A stretch of DNA of 62,531 nt, filler included. It is 14 parts of 14 records of this genome, joined end to end, with 100 filler letters (N's around TTAATTAATTAA, not from the genome) between each part and the next. Parts side by side here need not be neighbours in the genome. Positions count along the whole stretch, not along the records: positions 1 to 4,100 come from SRR7504441_72159; positions 4,201 to 10,387 come from SRR7504441_72210; positions 10,488 to 14,890 come from SRR7504441_73822; 11 more parts are not named here. One strand, 5' to 3'. Numbering within the stretch: the stretch's first letter is position 1; every line of letters begins with the position of its first letter. The position numbers were made by a program, and so were the translations under genes. The notes beneath the pieces were generated by a model. The model ran no database searches. It was not told where the DNA came from and worked only from the letters and a program-made list of their open reading frames with translations. Positions 1 to 13,030 of the stretch are shown here, one piece after another.

Positions 1-1269
1 AGGGACACGAGGAGGTGGCTGAGGATGCTGGGCTGTGCTGTGGGTGGATGGCAGAGCATCGAACTGGCGCGTTCCTGGAGGAAGTTTCAGGAGGTCTCTC
101 AAACCATCGAGAAAGCACCTGCGGAGGAGGCGGCGGTGAGCCCTGTCGAAGCACAGGAAGTTTCTGCAACCCCCCAGGAGGCACCTGTCGAAGTGGCAGA
201 GCTCCCTGTAGCAAATCAAGAAGCTGAAGCACCAGTGCGAGTGGCAGATTCTGACAAGGAAATGGAAAGGTTGAAGGGAGAGCTTCGTGCCGCGCAGCTT
301 AAGGTAACCACCGTGGAGGAAGCTGCTAGCAGAGCAGTTGGTGCAGCTGTCCAGGATGCAGAGGCTGCCCAGGCCGGATTGCTACAGGCACGAGCAGAAG
401 CGCAGGCAGCGTTAACGAGGGCTGCCGATGAGGAAATGGCAAGGCAATCACTCGAGGAGCAGCTGCGAGTCACGATAGGTACAGCACATGATGACATCGG
501 CATGGCAATGCACAGAGCTGCAGAAGAGGCTGCAGCGAGAGAAGCGTGTGCCGTGGCAGTGGAAGCCTCCCAGCAGGAGTGCCAGCTATTAAAAGACTCG
601 CAGAATGCTGTTCTGCGACGAAACAATACCACTCTTCTTAAACTATCTTCGACGGTGGACGATCTACTCCAGCGAAACAGCGCCCTTTGGTGTGCCTGCT
701 GCGTTCTGCGGTGGAGCCAGCATGTCGCGGCCACTCAGCTGCTCTCTGTATTCCAGCGTTCGAATATTGAGGCCGGGCTGCTGATACTCAGCTCGGTGGT
801 TGTGAAATGGCTCGTATTGAAGATCTCCAGGCTGCTGGTGCAGTGGTCGCAGAATGCGTTGCACGAGACGGAGCTGCTTCACATCTGCGCAGTGCAAGAA
901 CAGCTAGTTGGAGAGCTTACCCATGCTGTCCAAGAGCTCGCGCTGCGGAGTGCTAAGAATCAGCAGAGATGGCAGGCTCTGGACAGCCAGAGTCGAGCAC
1001 TGACCGAGCAGGTCCATGCTTCAGCAGGCGGAGTGTTAGCCACCTCGACGGAGCAGTCTGGTCCGCAGGCGATCGACGCTGAAACTGCGACCCACGCAGG
1101 CCTTGCGCTCGGCTTTGCATTTAAGTATGCATTCCAATTGTCTGTTGGACAGTGCATAAACATCTGGCAGAGGCAGGCCCAGCGAGGCATCACTGAGCTG
1201 GAGACGTTGATGCTGCTCTCTGAATCTGGGGCGCTACGAGAATATGTGTCACCGGGACGCCGCACGTAG
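1..1269 (+). CDS. Coiled-coil protein with spaced Trp-containing helical segments; probably 5'-partial
   Basis: 414-aa ORF rich in Ala/Glu/Gln heptads, followed by AT-rich intergenic DNA. Confidence 0.6.
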   Translation, partial: RDTRRWLRMLGCAVGGWQSIELARSWRKFQEVSQTIEKAPAEEAAVSPVEAQEVSATPQEAPVEVAELPVANQEAEAPVRVADSDKEMERLKGELRAAQLKVTTVEEAASRAVGAAVQDAEAAQAGLLQARAEAQAALTRAADEEMARQSLEEQLRVTIGTAHDDIGMAMHRAAEEAAAREACAVAVEASQQECQLLKDSQNAVLRRNNTTLLKLSSTVDDLLQRNSALWCACCVLRWSQHVAATQLLSVFQRSNIEAGLLILSSVVVKWLVLKISRLLVQWSQNALHETELLHICAVQEQLVGELTHAVQELALRSAKNQQRWQALDSQSRALTEQVHASAGGVLATSTEQSGPQAIDAETATHAGLALGFAFKYAFQLSVGQCINIWQRQAQRGITELETLMLLSESGALREYVSPGRRT

Positions 1270-1900
1270 TTGCGCCTTAGGTGCAACTTTAATAAGCGCC
1301 TTAGAACTCGTAGGTGCAGCCAGCTAGCTGCCTAGGGTTAATCAATTGATAGATTTTTAAATTGATTGATAAATTTATGATAAATTGATGAACTGTTTCC
1401 GATATCGATTGAAAGTTCGCTCGTCAAGAGTGCTGATAGGGTAGTTCAAAGTGCTCTAATACTAACCTTTCCACCACAAGCGCTCGGCGCGCTCACTCAC
1501 CTCACTGCTCGGGCCTCGAAGTCGTGAAGTCTTTCAGTACAATGTACACGTCAGTCAGTCCGGCAGTACAGTACCGGCACTGTCAGCTGACTCGTACGGT
1601 GACATCAGAAGCTCAATCTGAATTTCCTCTCCGGATCGACACCCCGGGCACAGTCGCCCAGTCATCAGAGCCCCGTGCCCGGAAACCGGGAGCATAGCAC
1701 CAGGTAACCCCACCCCCCCCAGGCACCCTAGTATCACCCCGGATCTGTGTACGTGCTCGCTAACCCGCTCGGCCGATCACGCCCCGAAGGGCAGCACTGC
1801 GGCCTGCACGTCTCGCCGCCTGCATAGCGCACTAAAATCCCAGCGTGCCTAGGCGCAGCCTCGCCGGGCTCTGGCCTCACTGGTTCTGGGCAGGGCAAGC

Positions 1901-3708
1901 ATGGCGAAGATAATGAAGCGCAAGTTCGGAGGGCTAGAGGCCCAGAAGTTTCAGTTCGACATTGTGGTCGGGTCGATGCACGGCGGCTCGTCTCTGGAGG
2001 GCCAGGTGGCCCGCGCTATCGTGCCGGCCGCTGAGTGCCTGACGGTGCAGGAGCTGAACGTTTGCTGGACGCGGGGCGCCAAGATTGCGTCGACAGCACA
2101 TGTGAGTGCTGGGACCGCCGGCTGGGGCTGCGCCTGCTTTCTAATAGCCGCATAGACTGCTGCGGGGCCGTGTCGATGGCCCGTGTGGATAGGCTGCCCA
2201 CGCACCGGCCGTCTGTAAAGTAGTGTCCACTGGCAGGTAGTCTGCGAGGCCGGTGGGTCCGCTTCTTGGAACGAGAGCCTGTCACTGATCTGTACCATGT
2301 ACCGGTACCTGCGGCCGCCAAGCCAGCGCGTGACAGCTTTGCCAGGTCGTCCAATGGTAAATACCAGGAGAAGAGCGCTAAGCTGGCGGTGCGCGAGAAG
2401 AAGAAGAAGAAGACTGTGGGCAAGGTCAGCCAGCCAAGCGGGTCGCGGCGCGAGATCCGAGTTGCAGGTTCATTTTGACTTGGCAGAGTATTGTGTGATG
2501 GACGGATCCAAGCAGGTGCCCCTGGACTGAGCCGCCGATGTAGTGTGGTGGGCACGTGGCTCACCCTGGCCAGGTCACCATGGCTCTTGAAGTCTCAACG
2601 GGCATCTTTAGCGACAACGAGGCCTCTGGTGAGCTGTTGACGGCGGGCGGCCACTGAGGCTCGCCTGTTGATAGGCACTCTCAGCATGACAATTGCGTGC
2701 CGTTTCATCCCGCCGGGCGACGGTGGAGACTACAGTGAGATGACAGCGATGGATGCCTCGGAGATGTCAAATGCGTCTGACCTGTGCGAGGAGGACGAAG
2801 CGGAGGACCCAGTTCCAGTGGACGCTCCAAAGGTGGGTACCGGCTCACATGCGAGGCCTGACGGTTGGGCTTAGGCCATGGACCCCAAGACATTGGCCGC
2901 AGTGAAGAACAGAAGCATCGGCTCTTCGCTGGCAGCGGAGCCGGCGGCCAGCTCCAGCCACTTGGTTGAGAAGAACAGGAGTCTGCAGCAAGAGGTGCGC
3001 GCGGCGGCTGGCAGGCCTGACTGGGTGGCCAGCTGGAGCAGCTCAAGAAGGACTACAAGAGGATTGCAGAGGATGCGCAGGATTCTGCGGCCGAGGTCAG
3101 TCGATTCAGACATTCCTGTGCTGATTGAGTGCCGTTTGCAGGTGAAGCGGCTGCAGAAGAACAACTACGAGCTCCAGGACACGCTGGCTCGCCAGCAAGG
3201 CAAGTGGCGGTGTCGGCGGCGTCTGATGAGCTTGCTGTGCAGGTGAGGGCGACAAGGCGCTGTGCGAGCGAATTGCCGTGCTGGAGAAGGAGCTGGAGGA
3301 GGACAGGGCGGTCAAATCTACAATGAAGAAGGAACTGTCTAGAACGAAAGAGGAGCTTGAGACGGTCAAGTCTGACTCCGAGAGTGCTGGGCCTGTGCCA
3401 GACGATGAGCAGACCGCCCAGCTGATCACGTCGTTGGTTGAGGCCAAGATTGCCTATGCGAATTCGGAGGAAGAAAAGGTGCCGACAGCCGAGCGCCGGG
3501 CGATCTGAATGGAGTGCAGGGGAACATGGGCCTGAAACTGGTCCAGCTGCGCCGGGCGCTGGCCAAGGAGCGCGAGCTCAACCAGCAAGTGTCTCAGCGG
3601 ATGACGCGGCTCGAGGTGAAGGCAGAGAAGCTCAAGGCGCACGGCGCCTCGACCACCCCCAGCTCCACGCCCACCTCCAAGGGTAACAATACCCCGAGCC
3701 TCGAGTGA
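1901..3708 (+). CDS. NT-type C2 domain (EEIG1/EHBP1-like) plus C-terminal coiled coil; about 10 short introns
   Basis: Spliced product reads KFQFDIVV..LNVCWTRGAKIAST..ASWNESLSLICTMYR..YQEKSAKLAVRE..TVGKVHFDLAEY, typical of NT-C2; GT/GC-AG introns restore the frame. Confidence 0.8.
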
Positions 3709-4100
3709 AAGAGCCGCGACCAGCCAACAGTGGAGGGTGATCCTGTGAACGGCCTTGGCACGCGGCACTCGAGGAGGGCATTGGTAGGGCATTGGACTGA
3801 TACGTAACTGATACGCTGATAGTACTCGACTAGTAGCGTGTGTACAGTAGGTGGTCCAAGTTAGCGTGTGCCGGCGTAGCTAGGGTTAGTTTCTCGACGT
3901 ATTGATTCGTATCTTTGAATAGACCTCAAAGACTTCCTCGTAACAGGAGCGAGCTTATACACTCGATGGTGCATCTTGAGCATTTCTATAATTTCTATAG
4001 ATGCATACTCGTATCTCCGCTTGCTTAGCCTCAAACAATGATTTCTCAGGACTATTGTACTCGTACATCATGTGCCAGGTGCAGTGCTCATGTGAACTCA

Positions 4101-4200
4101 NNNNNNNNNNNNNNNNNNNNNNNNNNNNNNNNNNNNNNNNNNNNTTAATTAATTAANNNNNNNNNNNNNNNNNNNNNNNNNNNNNNNNNNNNNNNNNNNN
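4101..4200. other. Artificial contig linker N44-TTAATTAATTAA-N44. Also at 10388-10487, 14891-14990, 18616-18715, 21844-21943, 25456-25555, 29901-30000, 36209-36308, 40319-40418, 44269-44368, 49153-49252, 53187-53286, 58185-58284
   Basis: Identical 100-nt spacer with stops in all six frames, present 13 times; genes are cut at these points. Confidence 0.99.
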
Positions 4201-7200
4201 ACTGCCAGACGGAATCCAAGCCCTCAGCTCACTTCTGGATCTGAGCGTGGCCATCACTTTTATAAGTGGCACGTTACCGCAACATTTAGAAGAACTAACA
4301 TCGATCAGAGGTATCAACGCAAGTGTCACTCGAATGAGCGGTGAGTGCTTGCCTCGAATCGTTCATTAACAGTTGACAATGGCAGGAACTCTCCCAAATC
4401 TGGCTAGATCGACCAGCCTGGTTGACTTTTTCATGAGAGATTGTCTATTATCAGGCACCATCTTCACAGCGTTCGGCAATGCACTGGAGAATCTTGAGCT
4501 CTCTCGCAACGCAAAGCTATCTGGCACGATAGCTTCATCCCTGGCGGAGAACATGAAGACCCTGCATTTGTCAACGACCAGCCTCAGTGGCTCTATTCCT
4601 CCTATATTGCCGACCCTGAAGGCCCTTGGAGTGTCAAGCAACTACGTGCTAGCAATTCTGTAAGCTTTCTATTGATCATCCTGCAGGTGAGCGGAACTGT
4701 CCCTGGGTTAGCAGCGCGGCGCTCTGGAGCCTGCTCTCTACAGTACCTGAACCTCGGGTGTTTTCAACTGACTTTGCATCTGATCTGAGCAATACCGCTG
4801 ACAGGAGTAATTATATGTCTGGCACTCTTCCCGCAAGTTGGGCAAATTGCCGGGACGTGATTTACATCAATGTGGTGTGGGCAGACTAATACTTAGCTTG
4901 TTGAGCTGGTGCGGGCAGCCTCGTAACTTCATCACTGGGACGGTTAACTCTTGTCTAGGCTATTCTAGCCCCCAGCGCTAGCATTAGCATTACCAAGAGA
5001 CTGTGATTGGTCATTTCCACCAGGTGCCTCAATCGTGGAATGCCCTCTCCTCTCTTCAGGGACTCGTTCTGACCCTTAATCGAATTGGCGGCCCTATTCC
5101 AACATTCAGCAATGCTCAGGTAGAGCAACCCATTGGGCATTGTGATCATGCTGATAACCATGCCTGGCCAGTTTGGATGGAACAATAGTTTAGACCTCAA
5201 TCGATATTGGGTCAATTATCAATATTTGGGGGTTGAAGAGAGCAACACACAACTGCTACCGTTGGTGCCTTGTGCCCTGATATACTGAAACTGTCTCAAT
5301 CGCGCCTTTAGACCTGGGTGCAGTTGCAGGCGGGTAATAATGGCTTATACGAATCCTGTTCCACCTTTTCAGCACTGCTTGGGTACGACACAACCGTGTC
5401 TAAGGCAGTCAAATATGACCCAATGGTAACAGTTCGTTGTGGTTGCCTGTTAGCATGTGTCCGGGCTGCAGGGCGTACAAACCTTTTATTTCTCGTATCC
5501 TGTCTACATAACCCTGCTCACAGCGGTGCATGCCTTCAAGGTACTAGTCTTCTCACCACCGTCAGGTCATTATCCTGGTCATCATATATACCATCGTATC
5601 TCTGGTTTATTTCATTTATCCTCAACACAAAGGCAAACTCCCTCCGCTGCGCTTTTGCAGGGCATTCTATTATACAACTCCGCTTTGTCTTGACTGGCAA
5701 GATCTTGGCTTCAAACGGCTGAGCGAGCTCTCTTGTGTTGATCGTCTGCTGCAGCATCAAGTACCAGCCCAAATTTTCTTCGCTATTCTCTGTACCATAC
5801 TCTTGCCTTTATTTTACTTAGCTGCCGAAGAGTTCTGCACTGCATGGTATTTGTTTGAAGGCGGATACCAGGGTGGGTGTGCCGGGCATTAGAGTGTAGC
5901 CTTCGCTGCTCCTTCTAGACCCTTGCTGGTGGTGTGGATGAGCAGTGTGTTGCAGGTAGGTGGACCTTTGGCAACGCAGCTATCCCCCTCATCACGCAGC
6001 TAGACGTCGACCAGGAGGTTGCACACACAGACTGTTTCGCCGGTGCAAGACTCGAATTGTCTGAACTGTTCGTATCTGGTCAGCTGTTCAATTTCACCAT
6101 GGCGGGTACAATTCTTGCTATAGCAGCAACTCTTTGGTTCGCAGTTTGTGCTGTGATTGTTATACGCATAGTTCAGGACCCCATGCTGCTTGAAATCGAA
6201 AGGGAGAGAGCGGTACGAATGCCCCTGTTCATCCGCACCACTCAACCTAAGCCCAGACTAAACAACCCCAACTGACGATATGTTGCTTCTCCAGCTCGCC
6301 AAACTTATTGCGCACGCGAGCAATTTGGAATTCCGCTCAGATGGGAGAGCTGTTGCCGGCGGATGCGGTCATCAGATTCATGAACTGTTGTTTTTCTGGA
6401 AGAGGAGCGCCAAAGAAGCTCGACCGCTTTCTAAGAGGCACTCTTATGCTAAGAAGTGTGTAAACCTCACTTTCCTGCTACTCATCATCGTCGGCACACT
6501 CCTTCCTGATTTCTTGTTTGTGCTTGGCTCCCAAGTCGAATACGTGATTCAATGCTTATGCACAATGCTGACCTTACCCGTGCCCCCCAGGTGCCAGACA
6601 CGCTCAATTCATGGTGGCAGTGGCTACTGACGCACGTATTTGGTGTGGCTATTACACGCTCCGTCCTAGTATCCATTCGCGACATTTTCGTGTATGGCTG
6701 GGCCAAAGCGATTCTTTCGAGAGTCACAAAAGATCCAGAGCGGCTCCGATACTGGATATGCTCGGCTCTAGTAACGATGGAGTTGGGATCCATTCTTGTT
6801 GTTATCTCATTTATGATCTATATCAACGCATCTTGCTTCCAGGGGTGAGATGCCCCCCGGCACCTTGATCACTACATTGTGCACAGATATCTCTTGTTTT
6901 CACCAACGATGGAAAAAGAACTGGGAACGGACGGCGGGGACCCAGACGAATTTCGCGCATACTTTTGCTCGCGTTCGATTATGGTATCCTATCAGTTTGC
7001 TTGGGCCTATACGCTGCTGTTTGACGCTTTCCTTATGCCGTGGACTTACACCGCCTTTGTTGCTCGGTTTACGGACGACATACTCAGTTTTATAACTCGT
7101 ACGGGCGGAAACACCGGTTCGAGGAACGAACCAAGCAGCTCTGACACTAAGTGCACGTGGTTCTCATGCCTAGGCTGCAAGAAGACTGAAGAGCGAAATG

Positions 7201-8573
7201 ATGACCTCGATTCAGACATTCTCGAGCGCAAGGAAAGCAACTTGCGCCTCAAGCTTGCACGCATGCAAGAATGTCTAGCTCACGCCAACACCGACACCAT
7301 GTCATGTCCGTCCATAAGGGCTGAAAACATAGAACTTGCCCACAGAGGAGTGAACGAGCTTGAAACGGAGATTCGAGATGTGAAGCAGCGCATCCGCGAA
7401 AGGAATCATGGACGCGCAGATCGTGACTTCGATAAGTACCTTCAGAAAGCGAAGGAATTGGAAGAGCTCAGTACCATGGAAATGGTAAATGCGGCATGCT
7501 AGTGTTTCGCTTGCTTCGTAATTGCAGCTGAGTGGAACCGTAGGTGGTGGTCCACAAGATATTGATCTATTCAATGCTCATGGGGTTCTTTATGCCATTC
7601 ATCGGTCTGATTGTACCGAATTGGTCTGACGGCGTTCAGGTCTGACGGCGTTTGTTTGCATGGCAATACTACTGGTGCAGCGCAAGCATTGCTACGGCTA
7701 TGTATTACAACTTCTTCATCAAGCCCAGGAATCCTTTGATCAGCCAGATCAGCAGTACGATATCACGCTCCTAAGCTACATCAAACCCTGTCGTTGGGCT
7801 ATAAAGGCAACTCTCCTTATTTTATACTTTGCCTTGGTTGTTGTCTGGATCGACATGAGGGTGAGTGCCATTCTCAGACTGCTGCTGTGTGATCATGTTT
7901 ACTGGTACAGATCCCGAGCCTTCTGATCGTCATCGCAGCCCCACCTGTCATAGTAGCTGTGTTCCTAATTCTCCAACGCTTTCTACTGTCGAGAATAGCG
8001 CCTCAGAATTTGAAGTTGAGGAGATCAAGTACTGAAGAGCACCTGAGTTATAGAAGATCTCAGGATCATGCCAATGCCTCCGACGTGCTGACGCTCATCG
8101 AGCAGAGGGCTCAGGAGCTGTGGCAGAGGAACCAGGCATCCGAAGCGGATGATGAGCGTGCTGCAGATCCAGCCTTGGACACGTCCGATCGCGAGCAACA
8201 GTCTAGCATGGACGTGCGCACTTCATTCGTTTCCCGCGTCTTCGACCTAGTAGTCGTGCCTCGCATGCGCAAAGAAGCGGCGGAACTGAGAGAAGAACCG
8301 ATTGGCTGTGATGTGTGCAATCGAGGCTACAGCAGCCCTGAAACAGTCGTCGAAGGAGTACCTGGGGAAGAAGAAGACCATTCAGTCGTGAATGTATCGG
8401 CACCGATGGCAGTCATGGCACATGCCGCAGAGAAAGAGCCTCGAGGATTAGATCGCTTCACGACGACTGATCCTACGGTTGGTAGCTATAGCGATGTAAG
8501 TGAAGACCCCTCAGATCCGTTTGCTATGGAGACGAGCATTGCGAGCACTAGGGCGACACGACGGCGATTTTAA
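4201..8573 (+). CDS. Plant-type LRR ectodomain followed by a multi-pass membrane region; 5'-partial, multi-exon
   Basis: Repeats of the LxxLxLxxNxLSGxIP type (LENLELSRNAKLSGTI, LQYLNLGSNYMSGTLP, LQGLVLTLNRIGGPIP), then many hydrophobic exons and an acidic tail. Exon joins at 5500-6600 are approximate. Confidence 0.7.
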
Positions 8574-8729
8574 ATAACAATCATAATTATGATTGTCAAT
8601 CGATTTTGTGTGCGTTTAGATATCATAATTATTACGAGTGGATCTACTCGTGTTTGCCCTTTGAAATGAACGGTTATGCTGATCCAAGTACCACGGCTGT
8701 TCCAACGATTCACCCTACTATTGTCTAAG

Positions 8730-9673
8730 TTATGTCTGACTATTGTCCTTTTGGAACGCTCCGAAATCATCGGGCTTTGCTAGAGCTTTGCAATGTTCGA
8801 TTGATACTCCGGCAGGAAGATCTCGAGAACAAAGTTCGATTGCGGCGTCCCCCAAAGCATGGTGCACGTGCCTCGACCTTGCATGACACAGGCAGCGGCA
8901 AGCGTATCGAAACCAGGTCCTCCATGCCTCAAATCCCATGAACATCTGCTCTTGAACTAATTGGGCCAAACTCTTTTCGAGCTCAACTTGCTCTGTTGGG
9001 CTGACCGCCACCCCGCCTGGCAAAAATCTCGACCAAGCCCAGGCGGACAGCTTCTGGAGCTGCTCTAGGTTGAGCACTCCCACGCTGCCGCCCCACATGA
9101 TCAGCGCCTAGTCACCGGGCCGTGTGGCCACCTGCTTCCCGCCAATTGTTGGAACTTGAGCCTGGCTTTGGCCTCCAGTCGCTCGACCGCCGAGAGCAGC
9201 CGGCCGGGCTGGTGCACAACCTCGGCCGGACTGGCCCGCTCGGGCGGCTGGAGCATGTCTATCTCGCGCTCTCTGATCAGTCGCACGGCTCGACTGCCAG
9301 TCAGCTGCTCCGCCAGCTCTGCCTCTACCCGCGACTCGATTGCTGCGGAGAGCCGCGCTCGCAGAGCGTCGGCAGAGGCTGCACCCCCGGCTGAGCCCCA
9401 GAGGGCGGCTGCTCGACGACCTTGGTGCTGGCGGGCCATCTGGGGCTCGGACCTCGGGGCGGCCCGCAGCTTGCCCAGCAGCTGGCGCACCCGCTGGATT
9501 GTCCTCACCCGCCCCCCGTGATCCCCGCTGCGGAGCACTGCAGGCAGGCCTCAGCACCGGCCAGGCGGTGCCGGACCGAGCTCCAGTCCTCGACCAGCTG
9601 CATCCGGGGCGTCCGGGAAGAGCCGTGCCAGCAGCTGCGGGGTGCACTGCTCCTGGTCCTGGCCGCCATGCAT
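8730..9673 (-). CDS. Hypothetical protein, spliced
   Basis: ATG at 9673 (MHGGQDQ..); GT-AG introns link the ORFs 9101-9538 and 8730-9098. Confidence 0.5.
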
Positions 9674-9780
9674 GTCTGACACCAGATGCATCAACGGTTT
9701 TATGATATTTTACGATATGATTTGATGCATGGAATCGCACTTATCGCAGTGATGCTAGCTCGGGGACAGCAGTAGCGGGG

Positions 9781-10387
9781 ATGGAGCGGCTGAGCCTGGA
9801 CACCCGGGAGCGGATCAAGGCTAGCCTGCTCCGGGTCCAGCTCGATGGGCAGGTCAGTGAGGCGGCCAAGGGCACTATCCGGGCCGCGCTTGAGCAGGGG
9901 CTGGCGGAGGCCCTGGCCGAGCTCTCCCAGCAGGGCAGCTCACGCGAGCAGAGCGACGCCCGATCGTACGCGCTGGCGCAGGAGCTGGAGACCTTGGCCA
10001 AGCAGCTGCGCAAGGCCCAGAAGGCGCTGGGCGGGTGCGAGCAGCGGCTGGCGGAGCAGCTCGAGCTCACCGCTTCCCAGCGGGCCGAGCTGGAGATGCA
10101 ATCGGGGAACACTGGAGAGCTGCAGGCGCAGACAGCGGCGCTGGAGCGGTGCAGGGCCGAGCTGGAGGCCTGCCAGCGGGAGCGGGACGATACGGCCCAG
10201 CAGAAGAGAGCGCTGGAGCAGCGGTTGGAGGAGGCGGCCAGGGATCAGCCCGAGCTGGGGGAGGTACGGCGGCGGCTGGAGGAGTGCGAGCAGGAGCGGG
10301 ATGCGCTCAAGCTGCAGTGCTGGACCCATGCGCAGGGCAGGGACGGGCCCGAGAAGGCGCTCAAGCGGTGCCAGGCAGAGCTGGCCG
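9781..10387 (+). CDS. Coiled-coil protein, 3'-partial
   Basis: Open frame to the contig end with repeated LExCxxE heptads. Confidence 0.7.
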
Positions 10388-10487
10388 NNNNNNNNNNNNN
10401 NNNNNNNNNNNNNNNNNNNNNNNNNNNNNNNTTAATTAATTAANNNNNNNNNNNNNNNNNNNNNNNNNNNNNNNNNNNNNNNNNNNN

Positions 10488-11419
10488 GCCGCTACTGCAA
10501 CTCTGCTCTCCTCCGCCGCCTGCTTTGCTGCCTGCAACTCGGCGCCCAAAGTATCGGCCCTGGTGTTCGCATCGTCGGCTTCAGCCCTAGTTGCACTAGC
10601 CTGCTCTGCTGTTGCCTGCAACTCGGCAGTGAGAGCATCCATCTTGTCCCTTGCAGCAGCGACTTCCTCCCTACTCGCTTGCACATCCGCCTTTGCTGTC
10701 CGCAGCTCAGCATGCAGAGCGTGTGTGGCTTGGCCTTCGGGACTATGCTCACGACAAAGTGACTCCTTCGCTTCTGTTTGGGCTGCAGACAGCTGCTGTT
10801 GGAGCTGCTCAATCTGCATGTGACACTGCTCCAGCTGTGCCCGCAGCTCAGCAGCTTCAGCCGAGCCCTCTGCGCGGCGCACACTCGACGCTGGTAGTTC
10901 CCACTCGCCGTCGCCTGAAGCTGCGGTCGCATCTCGGCAGTCGGATGTATCACTGTCTGGGTTTGCCTTGTTGCTGTCACGCGCTTCGGCCAGTTGTTGC
11001 TCCAGTTCCTGGCAGCTCGCACTGAGATCATCATTTTCTTCCCTGAGCCTCTCACTCTCCGCCTGCGCGGTCAGCTTGCTCTCCATCAAACTCGACATGG
11101 CGCTACTTGCCGCCTGCGGGCCTAAGCCGCATATCCGCCCGATCCGCAGCACCGAGTCTATCACCGTCAGGCAGAGCTCGGCCGGCTCCGGCGGCGCTTG
11201 CTCCGCCAGCCGCCACGCTCCGCTGGACTGGCCGAGCCCGCAGCCCTCGAGAAGGGTGTGCCCCGCCGGCGGGAGCGGCTCGGGCTGGACCACCAGGCGG
11301 CCAGGGGTGGCGCAGGCACGTCGGAGCAGCCCAGCGAGTGCCTCGAACGTGTGGAAAACAGCCTCGCGCGGTAGCTGCTCCGCCACCGCCGCGAGATGCT
11401 CCGCCGTCGGTAGCCCCAT
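10488..11419 (-). CDS. Coiled-coil protein with a possible degenerate PUB-like N-terminal domain; 3'-partial
   Basis: TFEALAGLLRRACATP..GHTLLEGCGL loosely fits PUB helices; long coiled coil follows. Confidence 0.55.
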
Positions 11420-11760
11420 GCTCCCTGGGCCCTTTGGATGAGTTCGCTTTCTCGTTGCCGTTATCAACGTAAGCTGCCTGCGGGATCTAAATAAATCGTA
11501 AATAAAGGAGCCGTCGGCATAATGTTAGTCGCCGGGAACGGTGCGTGACAATCTCGTAACTCATTGTATGTTGCAACTCTAGCCATGAGTTCGATAGGCC
11601 TAGAACCACTCCGCGCGTCCGGCACCATTGCGCCACCATCGCTCCAGGAACAGCTGATTGTGCAGCAAGCTTGATTAAAAGTTTAAAGTTTTGGGTGTAA
11701 CTGAGGTTAACGTAGATCTCGAGAGCAGGCTTAACCAAGCTTCACACACCAGCACGCGAA

Positions 11761-13030
11761 ATGGCGCTCACCTCTGCCCGGCTGCTCATCGCGCTCGCCC
11801 TGGTGGCCCTGGCGGCCCGCGCACTGCCGGCCAGGCCTGCCGACTGCCAGCCTCGCCCCGCCGGCCCGGTGGACAAAGCCATCGCCGGCACCCGCAAGCA
11901 TTCGGGCCGCATCTCCGGCCGTACCGCGTCCGAGATCGCGGCTGCCATCAACCGGCATCTGCAAGCCGACGGCGTGGCCGGTTCGCCCTGCAGCGAATTT
12001 TCGATCGAGGAACTACAGGCGCTGGCCTCCAGCCTGATGTGCCACCGTAGCCCCGAGCTGGGCCGCGTCTACAACAACGCCCAAGACCCGCGCGCACTCA
12101 CCGGATCAATCGCTGACATGGCCGCAGACCCGACCGCGCACGCGTTGGTGAGGGACGCCCACTGCGCCGGGGTACTGCAGCTGTGGGCGCATCACGTCCC
12201 CGCCGAGGCCAAGGCCGAGCTCAAGCAGGTGCTCCGGCTGCCCAGCCTTCCCGAATTTGACGGAAAGCATGCGAGCCATCCGACGCTCGGGGCTGCATAC
12301 ACTCAGTCGTTCAACTGCGTCTCCGGACACAACATGACCAGCACGGATCAGAGCGACCATGCGCTCCCTCACTGGCCTGAAGAAGTGCACTACACTGGCA
12401 CAGGCCACGGCGCTTATCCGTTCTGGCTGGGTGGCGGCGGCGGCGGCGGCTCGCCGGCTGCGATCGAGGTGTGGTGGAGCGAGAAACGATCGGCCGAGAA
12501 GTTCTATCACAGCGCCTGTGCGATGACTGAGGCGGGCTATTCTTCAGACGCGCCGTGTGTACATTTGATGCTCGGCACACAGCCCTCGCCCACGGCGTAT
12601 TTGTACACACACAGCGAGGACTTTTGCTGCGTTTCTTCGCCGAGTGGAGGGTATGCAGAGAAGCTGACACCGGTGCCATCCAACTTTATGGACAAGATGA
12701 CGCTCAATGTCAACTACGGCAACATCAGCGGCACCTACTACAACGGACCCGTCAAGCAGTACTTGATGACTGAACCCTCGTCTGAACCGGTGACCTACTT
12801 CTGGTACCTCACCACGATGGACGACAAGCCCGTGCAGCAAGGCGAGGGCGGTTTCGGCGGCAAAGGTGGCCCAGCTACCTACGCGTGCGCTGATCTGGCC
12901 TGCAGGTATTTTGATCTACCACGAGTACAATACCAGCTCGTGGGGTCAGCCCGCAACACCCTTCGACGATTCCACATTCGCCGTACCGGAAGTTTGCAAG
13001 AACACCAAGAACAACTGTCAATTTCCGTAG
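11761..13030 (+). CDS. Secreted Cys-containing protein; C-terminal half resembles ependymin-related/LolA-fold proteins; one intron near 12867-12905
   Basis: Signal peptide MALTSARLLIALALVALAARA; after splicing it ends ..FDDSTFAVPEVCKNTKNNCQFP* (FxxPxxC-type terminus). Confidence 0.65.

Noticed and set aside
1901-3708. Introner-like intron elements
   Set aside because: Introns are similar in length, but share no clear sequence family or terminal inverted repeats
4145-4156. Regularly recurring TTAATTAATTAA, resembling a repeat or array
   Set aside because: Artificial six-frame-stop linker inside N runs
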